Origin: Octopus bimaculoides
Taxonomy: Eukaryota
Assembly (NCBI RefSeq): GCF_001194135.2
Contig: NC_068984.1
Coordinates: 136,823,319 to 136,887,318 of the forward strand
DNA: 64,000 nucleotides
Direction: 5' to 3'
Shown: positions 41,334 through 53,660 of the stretch, piece by piece
How positions within the stretch are numbered: position 1 is the stretch's first letter
Layout: each line of letters starts with the position of its first letter
Program-made: the position numbers and the translations under genes
Notes under the pieces: generated by a model
Seen by the model: only the letters and a program-made list of their open reading frames with translations
What the model was told of the DNA's origin: nothing
Databases searched by the model: none

Positions 41334-41886
41334 CATGTGCACACAGATACAGTCCTAATCACATACACACACACCTACACCTATTTATATGCATATACGT
41401 ATATTTTGGGACATTCTCAGCACCATGTATGCTTCTGCAAAAAAAACAGAAAAACCAACAAATCTATACATTTGTGTTCGTGTGCATATCTATGCACCCA
41501 GAGAAAGTAAGCGCCATCGTCCACTTCAGCATTGGTGAAGAGGCTAATCTAATGAAAGACCATTAGATTTAATGTCCAGCAACAGACGGCTGATGAAATG
41601 AAGAATGTCCTGGAGATAATTTCAAAAATAGCCATAACAATAACAGTAAAGCCTTGAAATAGCAATGAACAGAGATTAGGGGGTGGGGAAAGAGAATAGG
41701 GGAGAAAACAGTATTGGTAGCTGCGAGAGGATATTGGAGATATGGAGGAATTGTTACATCAACAATGTCACTCTTAATGACACTTGTGTATTTCCAGATT
41801 GCTATGGTGGAGAAGAATCCTTGATTTCTCAAAGCAAACAATACAATACAGTAAGAAGATTAGCTGTGGTTCACAGTCAGCCTTGC

Positions 41887-42046
41887 TGAGGCTAGAAATG
41901 AAAATGAGGCTAGAAATGAAAATGAGGCTAGAAATAAAAATGAGGCTAGAATGAGGCTAGAAATAAAAATGAGGCTAGAATGAGGCTAGAAATGAAAATG
42001 AGGCTAGGAATAAAAAGGAGGCTAGAAATGAAAATGAGGCTAGAAA
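41887..42046 (+). repeat. 18-bp minisatellite TGAGGCTAGAAATGAAAA with 11-bp truncated variants
   Basis: Direct; ~10 units. Confidence 0.9.
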
Positions 42047-43052
42047 CTCTTGTAAGCATAGCTACTAGCACCATTGCTGATTATGACCACCACTGCCAAT
42101 TACCCTCATCGACCCCAGTGTGCAACCGGTACTTATTTTATCAGCCCCGAAAGGATGCAAAGCAAAGTTGACCCTGGCATAACACAGTTCTTACAAACAC
42201 AACTTTACCATGGGGCCATTTTCAAACTGCATTTTGCTCATATTGAAACGCTTAACATGAGAAGAAGGGGAGGCAACCTAAGTGACACTCACACCATGTG
42301 TGCACTTCTCACTTGATAATGTTTGAATCTGTGCGTAAGTGTCAATGTTATTACTGTTGTTGTCGTTGCTGTTCTCGTCACCTAGTAAATTCACAAGATC
42401 ACTTCATAAACTATGTATTTCTAAAACCACAAGTTAAATTATATGTCTATTGTTGTAAAGCAGACATGTTACTTGTTTCCTGCTTCACATTCATAAAATT
42501 GTTTGTCATATTAATTTTATTTCTTTCTGCATTGAAAGGCATTGCTTTGTCGACTGGTCACCATTACAAATGCAGTCAAACCAATAATAGACCGAAATTC
42601 AAATAAATTTGAAATAGAGTTGTTTGTTTTTACGAAAAACAAATGAAGAAATAATAAAAACAGTGCCTTGTAAAGTAGGGCTACGCAAGAAAAAGAAAAA
42701 CAACAGCATGCAAAAAATATTAATCCAATTTCTCGGAAAACAGGTGTTAATATCGAATGTGAAAGAAGATGTTAATATTCATATGACGTCAAATTGAAGC
42801 GAAAGAAAAGGAAAAGAAATATTTTATTTCACAAAATTAAAATTCTTTTTGTCTCAATAATAAAATGAAATAAAACCGACAAGCCTTGTACAAGGCTTAC
42901 ACATATAAAAATAATATAATCCAATATCTCAAAATCCTTCAGAAAACAACACTCCACAAGTCAATAGTAAGAATGAACAAACACGTTTGCTCAGGGAGAA
43001 AGCAATAATAGTTATGATGTTGACGACGATGATGATGATGATGATAATTATG

Positions 43053-43110
<58 letters not shown>

Positions 43111-43138
43111 TGATGATGATGATAATAATAATAATAAT

Positions 43139-44100
43139 GACAAGAAATTAAAAACGAATGAAACTGAAAATTGGGCGGGGGAGGTAAAGAAAAGAATGCA
43201 TGGTCAATTTCATAGAGATGTTGAAGATAAGACAGACAGAGAAAAAAGATGGCTGTAGATGACTAAAAGTGATTTAAAGCCGGAAGCGGAGGCTCTAATC
43301 TGTGCTGCCTAAGAGCAAGCACTAAGAACAAACTACATAAAATACAGAATAGACAACACATCAGAAAGTGATAAGAGCAGAATCTGTGGACAGAACGGTG
43401 AAACCGTATGGAATATTACCAGCCAATGTATGTCACTAGCTCAGAAGGAATATAAGACACGCCACGACAATATAGCCAGGCTTGTCCATTGGACACTTTT
43501 CAACAAGTATGGACTTGACAGAGCAAAAAATTGGTATGAGCACAAACCTGAAGTTATCGTCGAAAACAGAAATGCAAAGATCCTATGGTATTTTATGATT
43601 CAGTGCAACCATGAAATAGAGAACAGGAAGCCAGACATAGTGTTGAGAAAAAAAGTAAACTATGTTGGATCATAGATATAGCATGCCTAGCTTACAACAA
43701 GGTATGCGATAAGGAAGAAAGAAAAGTCAAGAGATATGACAGGTTAGCTTGGGAAGTTAAGCAGTTGTGGTCGATGAAAAAGGTAGCAGTAGTACCAATA
43801 ATTGTCAGGGCCCTGGGAACAGTGAGCNNNNNNNNNNTTGTGGTCGATGAAAAAGGTAGCAGTAGTACCAATAATTGTCAGGGCCCTGGGAACAGTGAGC
43901 AAAAGTCTCGAGAAGTACGTGGAACAAATAGGGGCTGCAATAAGGGTGGAGCACTTGCAGAAAACAACACTACTTGAAACCACTTGAATACTCTGGAAGG
44001 TGCTCGAAAAATAAGAGGTGTTACCTTAGTTCACTGGTAGTGGACAGCTGACAATGTCGTACATCTTCAGCATTGTTATGAGATTGCATGAAGCTTGTAG
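43139..44100 (+). mobile_element. R4/Dong-clade LINE 3' portion (CCHC knuckle plus PD-(D/E)xK endonuclease), 5'-truncated, following (TAA)n
   Basis: KRMHGQF, LKPEAEALICAA*EQALRTNYIKYRID, RICGQNGETVWNITSQC, AQKEYKTRHDNIARLVHW, WYEHKP, NRKPDIV, IIDIAC, VVPIIVRALGTV and LQKTTLLET..ILWKVLEK*. Includes a 63-bp duplication across a 10-N gap (artefact). Confidence 0.92.
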
Positions 44101-44307
44101 ATGAGCATCATCATCATCATTATTATTATGGAAGGGAAATTGTTCATTTATGCTCTTCCATGAAAAGAATGTCTGGTCATGGGGGAAAATAATACCTTGC
44201 TTGGAAACAGAGGAGGATTGGCAACAGGAAAAGCATCCAGCCATAGAAAAGCTGCCTCATACAAAATTCCACCTGACCCACGCAAGCATGGGGAAAGTGA
44301 ACATTAA

Positions 44308-44349
<42 letters not shown>

Positions 44350-44530
44350 GTAATGATGATGATGATGATGATGATGATGGTAATGATGATGATGATGATG
44401 ATGATGATTATGATGATTATGATGATGTTGATCATGATGGTAATGATGATGATGATAATGGTGATGATTATGATGACGGTAATGATGCTGATAATGATGA
44501 TAATGGTAATGATGATGATTATGATGATCC
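44308..44530 (+). repeat. (GAT)n tract seeded at the tail of a family C copy (44140-44310)
   Basis: ...gcaagcatggggaaagtgaacattaaatgatgatgat... Confidence 0.9.
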
Positions 44531-45329
44531 CTATACATTCTGATTTCAAATCCCAACAGAATTAGCTGACTTTTATTCTTCTGGGCAAGCGAGGGGTGCA
44601 ATAAATTAAATTAAGTAACAGTCAGATAAATGATCAGCAGAGAGAGAGAGAGGTGGGGCGGGAGAAGGGGGGGAAAATCAATTTAATCATCTCCCTCATG
44701 CCACTTTCACCCCATCCCCATCATCACCCCTTGTCCCNNNNNNNNNNAACCCCAAAAAAAAACCCATATATAACACTGAGTTGATGTTAGAAATCATTAT
44801 TATATATTTTATTGTTATTTTCGAAATGAATCAGTTGTTATTTTAGTTGAGACTGGAATGAAACATTCGTTATGCTTGTCAAAATACAATGACAATAAAT
44901 TATATTGAGCTGAATTTAATTTAATTGAATTACACTATAAAACTTGGTATATAACAACATTGATAATAATAATAACAATAATGATAATGATAATGATAAT
45001 AATGATAGTATTGATAATGATAATAATAGTGATGATTGAAATATTGTTTGGGCTGTTAACCTTATTTCTCTCGGGTGTTTTGTTCTTTTCTGAAGCCAAA
45101 AAACAGTTAGCGCCAGCATAGCCGTGTGGTTATGAAGTTTGCTTTGCAGACCCAGAATAATCAGGTTCAGTCCCACTACACAGTAGCTTGAGCAAGTTTG
45201 TTCAGTTATAGTCCTGGTTCAACCAAGACCATGTGAGTGGATTTGGTAAACAGTGACTGGGTCACACAAAATGCATACGTGCTTGTTTGTGTGTATGCAT
45301 GTGCAAAGGACCGAGATTCTTGGCGCCTT

Positions 45330-45774
45330 GCTGTACTCCAGAAGACCCGTACTCTGCAGCTGAATTGTTAAGACCGGCCCTTCTAGTGGTGTAAAGCACT
45401 GCCACATAAAAGCACCTGTGTGGTGCCCCATAAAAGCGCCCATGTGGTGACATGGAAAAGCATTTGTGCAAGGAACATCTAAAAGTGCTTTATACAGTGT
45501 CACATAAAAGCACCCATGTGGCAACCCTATAAAAGTGCCTGTGCAGCAACATTTAAATGCACCCATGCAGTGCCGCAGTAAAAGCACCCAGCACATTCTG
45601 TAAAGAAGTTGGCGTTAGGAAAGGCATCCAGCTGTAGAAACCACACCACAACAGACGGGAGTCTGATGTAGCCCCTACAAGCTTGCCAGCCCTGGTTACA
45701 CCGTCCAACCCATGCCAGCATGGACAATGGACATTAAATAACGATGATAATGACGATGATGATGATGATGATGA

Positions 45775-45775
<1 letters not shown>
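45330..45775 (+). mobile_element. RTE ORF end plus family C 3' UTR with internal subrepeats and (GAT)n tail
   Basis: DRDSWRLAVLQKTR-like end, then repeated ataaaagcacc subrepeats and the terminal block. Confidence 0.75.
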
Positions 45776-45807
<32 letters not shown>

Positions 45808-45994
45808 GTGTGTATGTGCACATGCATATTTGTGTTCACTTGTTCACTTCCACATGACTTAGCAGTTTGTTAAAATGAACCCAAAAGCCTAAGGACCAGG
45901 CGTACAGTAAGTGCTAGGGATTGGTCTCATTGCCTAAATCCTTCGAGACTAAACCCAGCATGGCCACAGTCCAATGATTGAAACAAACGAACAG

Positions 45995-46195
45995 GATGAG
46001 GACTCTTACGTAAAGAAGTGCTGAGGTCTAATTGTGGATGGCACCTGCGGAAGGGGCAAACCCTGGAAGATGTGGGACGAAGTGGTCACAAGGGCAAGAA
46101 ATGCCAAGGGACCAGGACATGTGGTGATTTGCTGTACTTGATAAGGTGTGTCAAGCTAAGTAAAACCACGGTTTTCCATGCATACAGACGTATCT
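45995..46195 (+). mobile_element. RTE-clade LINE C-terminal fragment
   Basis: IVDGTCGRGKPWKTWDEVV...RDQDMW*FAVLDK. Confidence 0.7.
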
Positions 46196-46197
46196 AT

Positions 46198-46850
46198 AGG
46201 CGTAGGAGTGGCTGTGTGGTATGTAGTGTGCTTACCAACCACTTGGTTCCAGGTTCAGTCCCACTGTGTGGCACCTTGGGCAAGTGCCTTCTACTATAGC
46301 CTTGGGCTGACCAAAGCCTTGTGAGTGGATTTGGTAGACGGAAACTGAAAGAAGGCGGAGAGCTGGCAGAATCGTTAGCATGCCGGGCAAAATTCTTAGT
46401 AGCATTTCATCTGCCATTACATTCTGAGTTCAAATTCCACCCAGGTTGACTTTGCCTTTCATCCTTTCGGGGTCGATTAATTAAGTACCAGTTACGTACT
46501 GGGGTCAATGTAATCGACTTAATCTCTTTGTCTGTCCTTGTTTGTCCCCTTTGTGTCTAGCCACTTGTGGGCAGTAAAGAAATAGGAAACTGGAAGAAGC
46601 CCATCGTATATATGTATATGTATATATGTGTGTATATGCTTGTGTGTCTGTGTTTGTCACCCCAACATCGCTTGACAACTGATGGTGGCATGTTTACGTC
46701 CCTGTAACTTAGCGGTTCAGCAAAAGAGACTGATAGAATAAGTGCTAGGCTTACAAAGAATAAGTCCTGGTGTCGATTTGCTCGACTAAAGGCGGTGCTC
46801 CAGCATGGCCACAGTCAAATGACTGAAACAAGTAAAAGAGTAAAAAGAGT
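46198..46850 (+). mobile_element. Full-length SINE A with nested SINE B (46355-46584); composite copy 2
   Basis: GGAAACTGAAAGAAG (46340-46354) | B | GGAAACTGGAAGAAG (46585-46599), then SINE A resumes with cccatcg(TA)n and runs to its tail. Confidence 0.92.
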
Positions 46851-46854
46851 ATCC

Positions 46855-47125
46855 TTTCAGGTGCCGGTGCCACTTAAAAAGCACCTGTTCCAGTGCTGCA
46901 TTAACACACCTGTGCTGATGCTGCACAAACACACCATTGCCAGCTGCACTTAAAAAGCACCCAGCATGCCCTGTAAAGTGGTTGGTATCAGGAAGGGCAC
47001 CCAGCCGTAGAAACCATGATAAAACAGACAGTTGGAGTCTGGACATCTTCCTGCTGGCTAGCTGCACGTCAAACCGTCCAACCCATGCCAGCATGGAAAG
47101 CAAATGTTAAATGATGATGATGATG
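46855..47125 (+). mobile_element. Family C copy
   Basis: Terminal block ending gcaaatgttaaatgatgatg. Confidence 0.85.
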
Positions 47126-48468
47126 TCTTGGGTTCAGTCCCATGGTGCGGCACCTTGGACATGTGACTTCTATTATAGCCTCAGGTTGACCAAGGCCTTG
47201 TGAGTGGATCTGGCAGAAGGAATCTGAAGTAAGTGTGGTTATGTTATGTGTGTGCATGTTTGTGTATATACCTTTGTCTAGATATCACACAATGGTTGTA
47301 AATGAGCATCATTGTTTTCAGTCTGCCATGAAAAACACATCAAACTATGGTCAAATATCAGCTTGCTTGGAAACAGGTGAGCGTTGGCAACAGGAAGGGC
47401 ATCTAAAAATCAAAAATCTGCCTCAACAAATTTCATCTGACCCATGCATGGAAAAGTGGGCCTTGAATGATGAGGGTGATGAGAGTCTGCTTTGAAGAAC
47501 ATTTGGGAGCTATTTCTAGTAGGCTGAGTGACTACATAGAGGCTCCTTTATTGGACTCATGCTATAGAATATCGTAAAATGAGAGAACAGATTGACTAAA
47601 TGTACACATATTATATAACACTGCCACATAGAAAAGACAACAGCTTCCGAATACAATAATATTATGCTACTGCGAGGTTGCTGCTGCAGAAAAAACAAAA
47701 GGAAAAAAAAAATCAAAAACAGAAAAGGAAAAAATAAATGAAAAGCCTGACTTCAACACAGATAACGAGAGAGAAAATTAATATTGAATTAAAAATTAAA
47801 TTATGACAGAATTACAATTACCAAATTAAGTAAAGAAATTCTTGAAGATAAAATTAAATCTGAAAAATATTAAAATATAACATTAAGTAAAAAAAAAAAT
47901 TAAAAAAAAAGAAAACAAAAAACAAATAAAAAAAATTATCTAAGAAGGAAAAATTATCAATCAATAAACAAATTTCCTGAAATATTTTTCTTTCCAGTTT
48001 TCCAATCAGTTAATGATGTGGGTTAAAATGGTTTATAAATTGAGACAATTACACAAGTTTTCTAGAAGTGGTGTCATTTGAAAAACTGTTATATGAATAC
48101 TCAAACCAAATAACCCAGCACTTTTTCTTTTTTCTAAATATGTTTTAAAAACTTCCTTTATGATACGCGCTATCATCATAACACTGTATCAACCAGTCTG
48201 TCAGATGTTGTTATACATTGCTGGTCACAATGCATTTCCTCGCATTGTTGTAGCTTTTGAACGATGTCACCTCACTGGCTTGGTGAGCAGGCCAACATCC
48301 CCCCCGATCAGAAGGCTAGTCTGTCACAAGAGTTACCCGTTTACGGCTGAGTGGACTGGACTAACATGAAATGAAGTGTTTTGCTCAGGAACATAATGCG
48401 ACACCAGTCTGGTAATCAAAATCATAATCTTGCAATATTGAGTGCAACACCCAAATTACAATGCCACA

Positions 48469-48978
48469 AGGCGCAGGAGTGGCTGTGTGGTAAGTAGCTT
48501 GCTTACCAGCCACATGGTTCCAGGTTCAGCCCCACTGCATGGCACCTTGGGCAAGTGTTTTCTACTATAGCCTCGGGCCGACCAAAGCCTTGTGAGTGGA
48601 TTTGGTAGACGGAAACTGAAAGAACCCCGTCNNNNNNNNNNNNNNNNNNNNNNNNNNNNNNNNNNNNNNNNNNNNNNNNNNNNNNNNNNNNNNNNNNNNN
48701 NNNNNNNATATGTGTGTGTGTGTGTGTATGTGTGTGTGTATGTGTATGTGTGTGCATATGATTGTGTGTCTGTGTTTGTCCCCCCAATATTGCTTCACAA
48801 CTGATGATGATGTGTTTACGTCCCTGTAACTTAGCGGTTCAGCAAAAGAGACCGATAGAATAAGTACTAGGCTTCCAAAGAATAAGTCCTGGGGTCCATT
48901 TGCTCGACTAAAGGCGGTGCTCCAGCATGGCCGCAGTCAAATGACTGAAACAAATAAAAGAATAAAAGAAGAATAAAG
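48469..48978 (+). mobile_element. Full-length uninterrupted SINE A (internal N gap in its microsatellite)
   Basis: Shows the empty site ggaaactgaaagaaccccgtc with no B insert. Confidence 0.92.
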
Positions 48979-50216
48979 GAGTATGCCTAGTGGTTTATAA
49001 ACCATTAAAACATGGGTTATAATGGTTTGTAACTCTCGACACATAAAGGTATAGCTGTGTGGTGAAGATATTTGCATGGCAACCACATAGTTTCATGTTC
49101 AATTCCCTTGCACGTTACCATAGACAAATGTCTTCTACACTTGTCCCAAACTATAGCCCCTCACCACAAGGGCCTTATTGCAGTGTGGTGACTTGTGTGC
49201 TGCACTGACCCTCAGAGCTATGCCAGCACAGTGCAAGCTTCTGGTAGGGCCTCTTATTCTGGACAGATCAAAGGACAGAAGTCAGTCTAATATGGACCAT
49301 TTTTATCCAGAGGTAAAAATGGGGTTGCATGGGACCAATGCTCCTACCTAGAAAAATGGCAACATATATATATATTGGTACCACATAAAAAGCACCCAGA
49401 TCATTTTCTGAAGTGGTTGGCATTAGGAAGGGCACCTAGCTGTAAAAACCATGCCAAAACAGACAGTGAAGTTTGATGCAGTCTTCTGGCTTGCCAGCTC
49501 ATGCCAAACCTTTCAACCCATGCCAGCATGGAAAACGGACATTAAATGATTACATACATACATACATAGAGAGACATACATACATACATACATACATACA
49601 TACATACATACACAGACAGATAAATATATAGACAGATAGATGGAAAGATGGGCTAAGAATGGGTTTGCATGGGACAGTCCTACCTAGAAAAAAGGCAACA
49701 TATATATATATACGCATACATACATAGACAGACAAACAGATAAATAAATACACAAATAGATGGATAGAGAGATACATGATTAGACAGATAGATAGAGAGA
49801 GAGAAAGAGAGAGAGATTGTGTAATTAAAACATGTTTAACTTTTTAACATAAGTGGAGAATAAACTAATTCTATGTGATTTTATGTATGGAAAATAGAAA
49901 ATATACTGTTTAACTTTTTAAAAGGTGTGGAGAATAATGTATTCTATGTGATTTGTATGTATGAAAAACAGAAATATAACGATATGTTTTCACAGAATAA
50001 ATGATTTTGTATCATACTCAACTGAAATTATATTGGTACATGTACTCCTAAAGGGGGCCACACCAATGTAACAACTATTCTTTTTGATTTTGTTTTCTGG
50101 TTAGTTCTTAAGTTGTGAACTATAACAGCATTTCATATTGGAAAAGTTGACAAGGTTTCAAAACAAACATACATATATACACAAGCACATCTGCACAGTA
50201 AATAACTGCAAAGAAG

Positions 50217-50650
50217 TTATAACCAAAATAAAAGTTGTAAGCAAAAAAAAAAAAAAAAAANNNNNNNNNNNNNNNNNNNNNNNNNNNNNNNNNNNNNNNN
50301 NNNTATAACCGAAAAAGAAAAATAACCAAAAAAAAAAATTATAACCAAAAAAAAAAATTATAACTAAAATAAAAAAATTATAACCAAAAAAAAAAATAAC
50401 CCCAAAAAATTATAACCGAAAAAAAAATTATAACTAAAATTAAAAAAATTTAACCAAAAAAAAAAATACCCCAAAAAAATTATAACCAAAAAAAAAATTA
50501 TAAGCAAAAAAAATTATAACCAAAAAAAATTATAACCAAAAAAAATTATAACCAAAAAAAAATTAGAGCCAAACAAAAAAAATCATAACCCACCAAAAAA
50601 TTATAACCAAAAAAAAAAAATTATAACCAAAAAAAAAATTATAACCCCAA
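50217..50650 (+). repeat. TTATAACC(A)n minisatellite (~18-19 bp), U-rich on the PNPT1 sense strand
   Basis: Direct; starts ~100 nt into the intron after the 50750 donor; N gap at 50261-50303. Confidence 0.9.
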
Positions 50651-50749
50651 AAAACCCATCTGATTTTAAGATGCATAATTATATAACTGTAGTGGTTCTT
50701 GTGGCTGAAGTTCAATTGGTGTGAAAAATGAAAGGAGAAAATGACTTAC

Positions 50750-50856
50750 TTCTTCTTTCAGATAATTATCAATCATTTCTTGGGCTTCTTCGAAAGCGCT
50801 TTGGTTGGGAGCAAAGATCTGGAATGTGGTCTCATCAATTGGTGTGATTGTCACAC
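50750..50856 (-). CDS. PNPT1: PNPT1 internal exon, C-terminal half of KH domain
   Basis: 107-bp exon after a polypyrimidine tract and ctAG, donor GTaagt, phase 1/0. Translates (G)[35 protein letters not shown], aligning to human [36 protein letters not shown] (recalled). Contained in track ORF 50666..50893. Confidence 0.93.
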
Positions 50857-50950
50857 CTAGCAGGTGGGGAGAAAACAGAAAAAAAGAAAACATAAAACTT
50901 AAGTCACCATTATCAATGATTTTTATTTACAACAACAATAATGATAATGT

Positions 50951-51092
50951 AAATATCATCTCAGTAGTTGGAGGGGCACTGGAAGCCCTAATGACCTGGT
51001 TTGAGAAATATGTCAGAGAAACTGGGATTGATATGAGGGTAGAACATGCTCAGAAAAATGGTGTGTTAGGGACACAGAGGATTTTGAGATTT
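50951..51092 (+). mobile_element. R4/Dong-type ORF C-terminal fragment
   Basis: VVGGALEALMTWFEKYVRETGIDMRVEHAQKNGVLGTQRILR parallels IIVRALGTVSKSLEKYVEQIGAAIRVEHLQKTTLLETxxIL at ~43.9 kb; preceded by (AAC/AAT)n. Confidence 0.75.
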
Positions 51093-52120
51093 TGTGGTTA
51101 CAAAAGAGGATATAATACAATATCTGTCGTCTTTGTTGCTGCTGTTGCTGCTGCTTGGTCTCAATTAGTTCTTACAGAACATATCTGAGACCACATGGCT
51201 GAACAAATATTCTGCATTTTAAGACAGTAAGGTGTGATCTGAGGAAGATTTGTGCTCTATTTCTAGCAGGATGACTAGCCACGTCAAAGCACATTTGTTG
51301 GCAAATCAGGGTTTGTTGTTAACTTTGAACCGATGGCTCCTATGACCTATTCATTCAGCACCTTAAATTCATAAGCACCATGCTTTGTAGTTCCATTAAT
51401 GAATCTTTAATTATAACGACTTGTAAATTATATTCAAATTATTCCTCTAATAGCTTTCATTGTTTCTTTTCGCTTCTATCAAACAAACTAATTTGGTATA
51501 CGGAAAAGGTGGATTAGCAGAAGGTGATCTCAATAGTGAAAAAAGTAAAGCAAGCAGCAATACACAACATGAACAACAATAGGAGACGATCACATAAACC
51601 TTGAAATAACTTGGTCGAACATTAAACGTGAATAACACAAATAAATAGATAGATAAATAAATAAATAAATGAATGAATGAATGAATAAATAAATAAAAGC
51701 AGTAAGCCAAGAACGAAAAGGAAAACAGTGAGAATGGTGTTAAAGCACAGAGCTAGGACCATAATGGTTTGCACCTTCCAAACAAACTACAAATAAGACC
51801 TTACCAGTGCAATACAACCACCACCAGAGCTACCAACACCACTATCGTAACGACAACAACTACAACAACTACGCTACACAACATTTGGGTCTCTTCTTTT
51901 TTTTTTGTGTTTTCGTTTTTTTTTTGGTTTTTGATTTTTTGATTTTTTTTCCATTTTGATTTCCAGTTGCTTGGTGATGGAATCGCTAAAAACCGTTGGA
52001 GAACAAAGACTGTTTGCAGAACAAAGACACAGAGAAAATGAAGAATGTTCAGAAGAGAAACAAAACAAAATAGAAATGGAAAATTGTGACATAAATTTCA
52101 ATTGAGAACACATTGCAGGA

Positions 52121-52177
52121 CTATCATTATCATTATTATTATTATCATTATTATTATTATTATCATTATTATTATTA

Positions 52178-52208
<31 letters not shown>

Positions 52209-52237
52209 CATTATTATCATTATTATTATTATTATCA

Positions 52238-52268
<31 letters not shown>

Positions 52269-52363
52269 TATCATTATTATTATTATTATTATTATTATCA
52301 TTATTATTATTATTATTATTATTATCATTATTATTATTATCATTATTATTATTATTATTATTA

Positions 52364-52400
<37 letters not shown>

Positions 52401-52570
52401 CATTATTATTATTATTATCATTATTATTATTATCATTATTATTATTATCATTATTATTATTATTATTATCATTATTATTATCATTATTATTATTATCATT
52501 ATTATTATCATTATTATTATTATTATCATTATTATTATTATTATCATTATTATTATTATTATTATTATTA

Positions 52571-52619
<49 letters not shown>

Positions 52620-52630
52620 CATTATCATTT
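52121..52630 (+). repeat. ~510-bp (ATT/ATC)n microsatellite
   Basis: Direct; poly-Asn, poly-Ile and poly-Tyr ORFs. Confidence 0.98.
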
Positions 52631-52639
52631 TTATTGTTG

Positions 52640-52870
52640 TGAGCTTGAAGAATCATTAGCACGCTGGGCGAAATGCTTAGCAGCATTTTGCCCATCACAA
52701 TGTTCTGTGTTCAAATTGTGTCAAGGTCGGCTTTGCCTTTCATCCTTTCGGGGTCGAAAACTTAAGTACCAGTAAAAAAACACTGGGGTCAACCGTAATC
52801 AACTAACCCCCGCTTCCCCAAATTTCAGGTCTTGTGTCTTTGTGTAGAAAGGAGTATTATTGCTATTGCA

Positions 52871-52904
<34 letters not shown>

Positions 52905-53075
52905 ATAATATTACTACTACTACTACTACTAGTACTAAAGGTGGTGAGCTGGCAGAATCTTTAGCATGCCAAACAAAATGCTTAGCGACATGTCGTTCAT
53001 CTGTATGTTTTAAGTTCAAATTCCACCAAGGATGACTTAATTTTTCATCCTTTTGGGGTCGATAAAATTGAGTGT
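52640..53075 (+). mobile_element. Two tandem SINE B copies separated by (TAC)n
   Basis: B consensus at ~52640-52850 and ~52935-53075. Confidence 0.85.
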
Positions 53076-53434
53076 GTGCAATAATGACAGTGTGTTACTA
53101 AACTCTCTGGTCTGAGTTTGGGTGAGCGAGTGTCATGTCAATAGTGTCGAGGTACAATTTTTTTTCAGCCGGATTTTCAACCTTGTTGCAATCCTTACCA
53201 GTTCTTCCTCCCAACTTTTTCAGATTCTAGACATTGTGACAAAGAAAATGATACACCAGCCTCGAAAATGGTTGGTGCAATGCTAACGGTACTCTGTTAC
53301 TAAACGCCTCGTTTGTAATAGGTCAAGGAACCACACTGAGGCCTCCTATTCCCAAGTCATTCTCAATAAATAGGCTTACGTTCAAAGGCATTCTAGCCAT
53401 GGCCATTCTGCCTCTTCTTCCTAGGACTACATTA

Positions 53435-53660
53435 TTAACCCTTTTGTTATCATATTTCTGTTGAAATATGCTGACTTTGCTTCAGTTAATTTTCAAAATA
53501 ATGAGGAACTTTGTAAAATAAATCTCTCGTTATTAAGCTGTTGTTTGGATCTTAAATTTACATAAAAACTTTGACGGAAGGTTTTAATTTAAACAATTTG
53601 AAAACAGGAAGTTTGTTTCATACAGAGGCAGTCTTAGACAGGTTGGTAAGAAAAGAATTA
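53435..53660 (-). mobile_element. TTAA MITE, diverged copy 3
   Basis: TTAACCCTTTTGTTATC start; interior is the reverse complement of the 17465 copy; other end degenerate. Confidence 0.7.

Noticed and set aside
43765-43900. Exact 63-bp direct repeat inside the R4/Dong ORF
   Set aside because: The copies flank a 10-N gap (43828-43837), the signature of unmerged contig overlap.
53190-53230. Minus-strand NLKKLGGRTG followed by GTAAG, mimicking the PNPT1 YNLKKL...TG exon end
   Set aside because: Upstream sequence lacks the KFxGxGG motif; the true exon is at 55502-55585.
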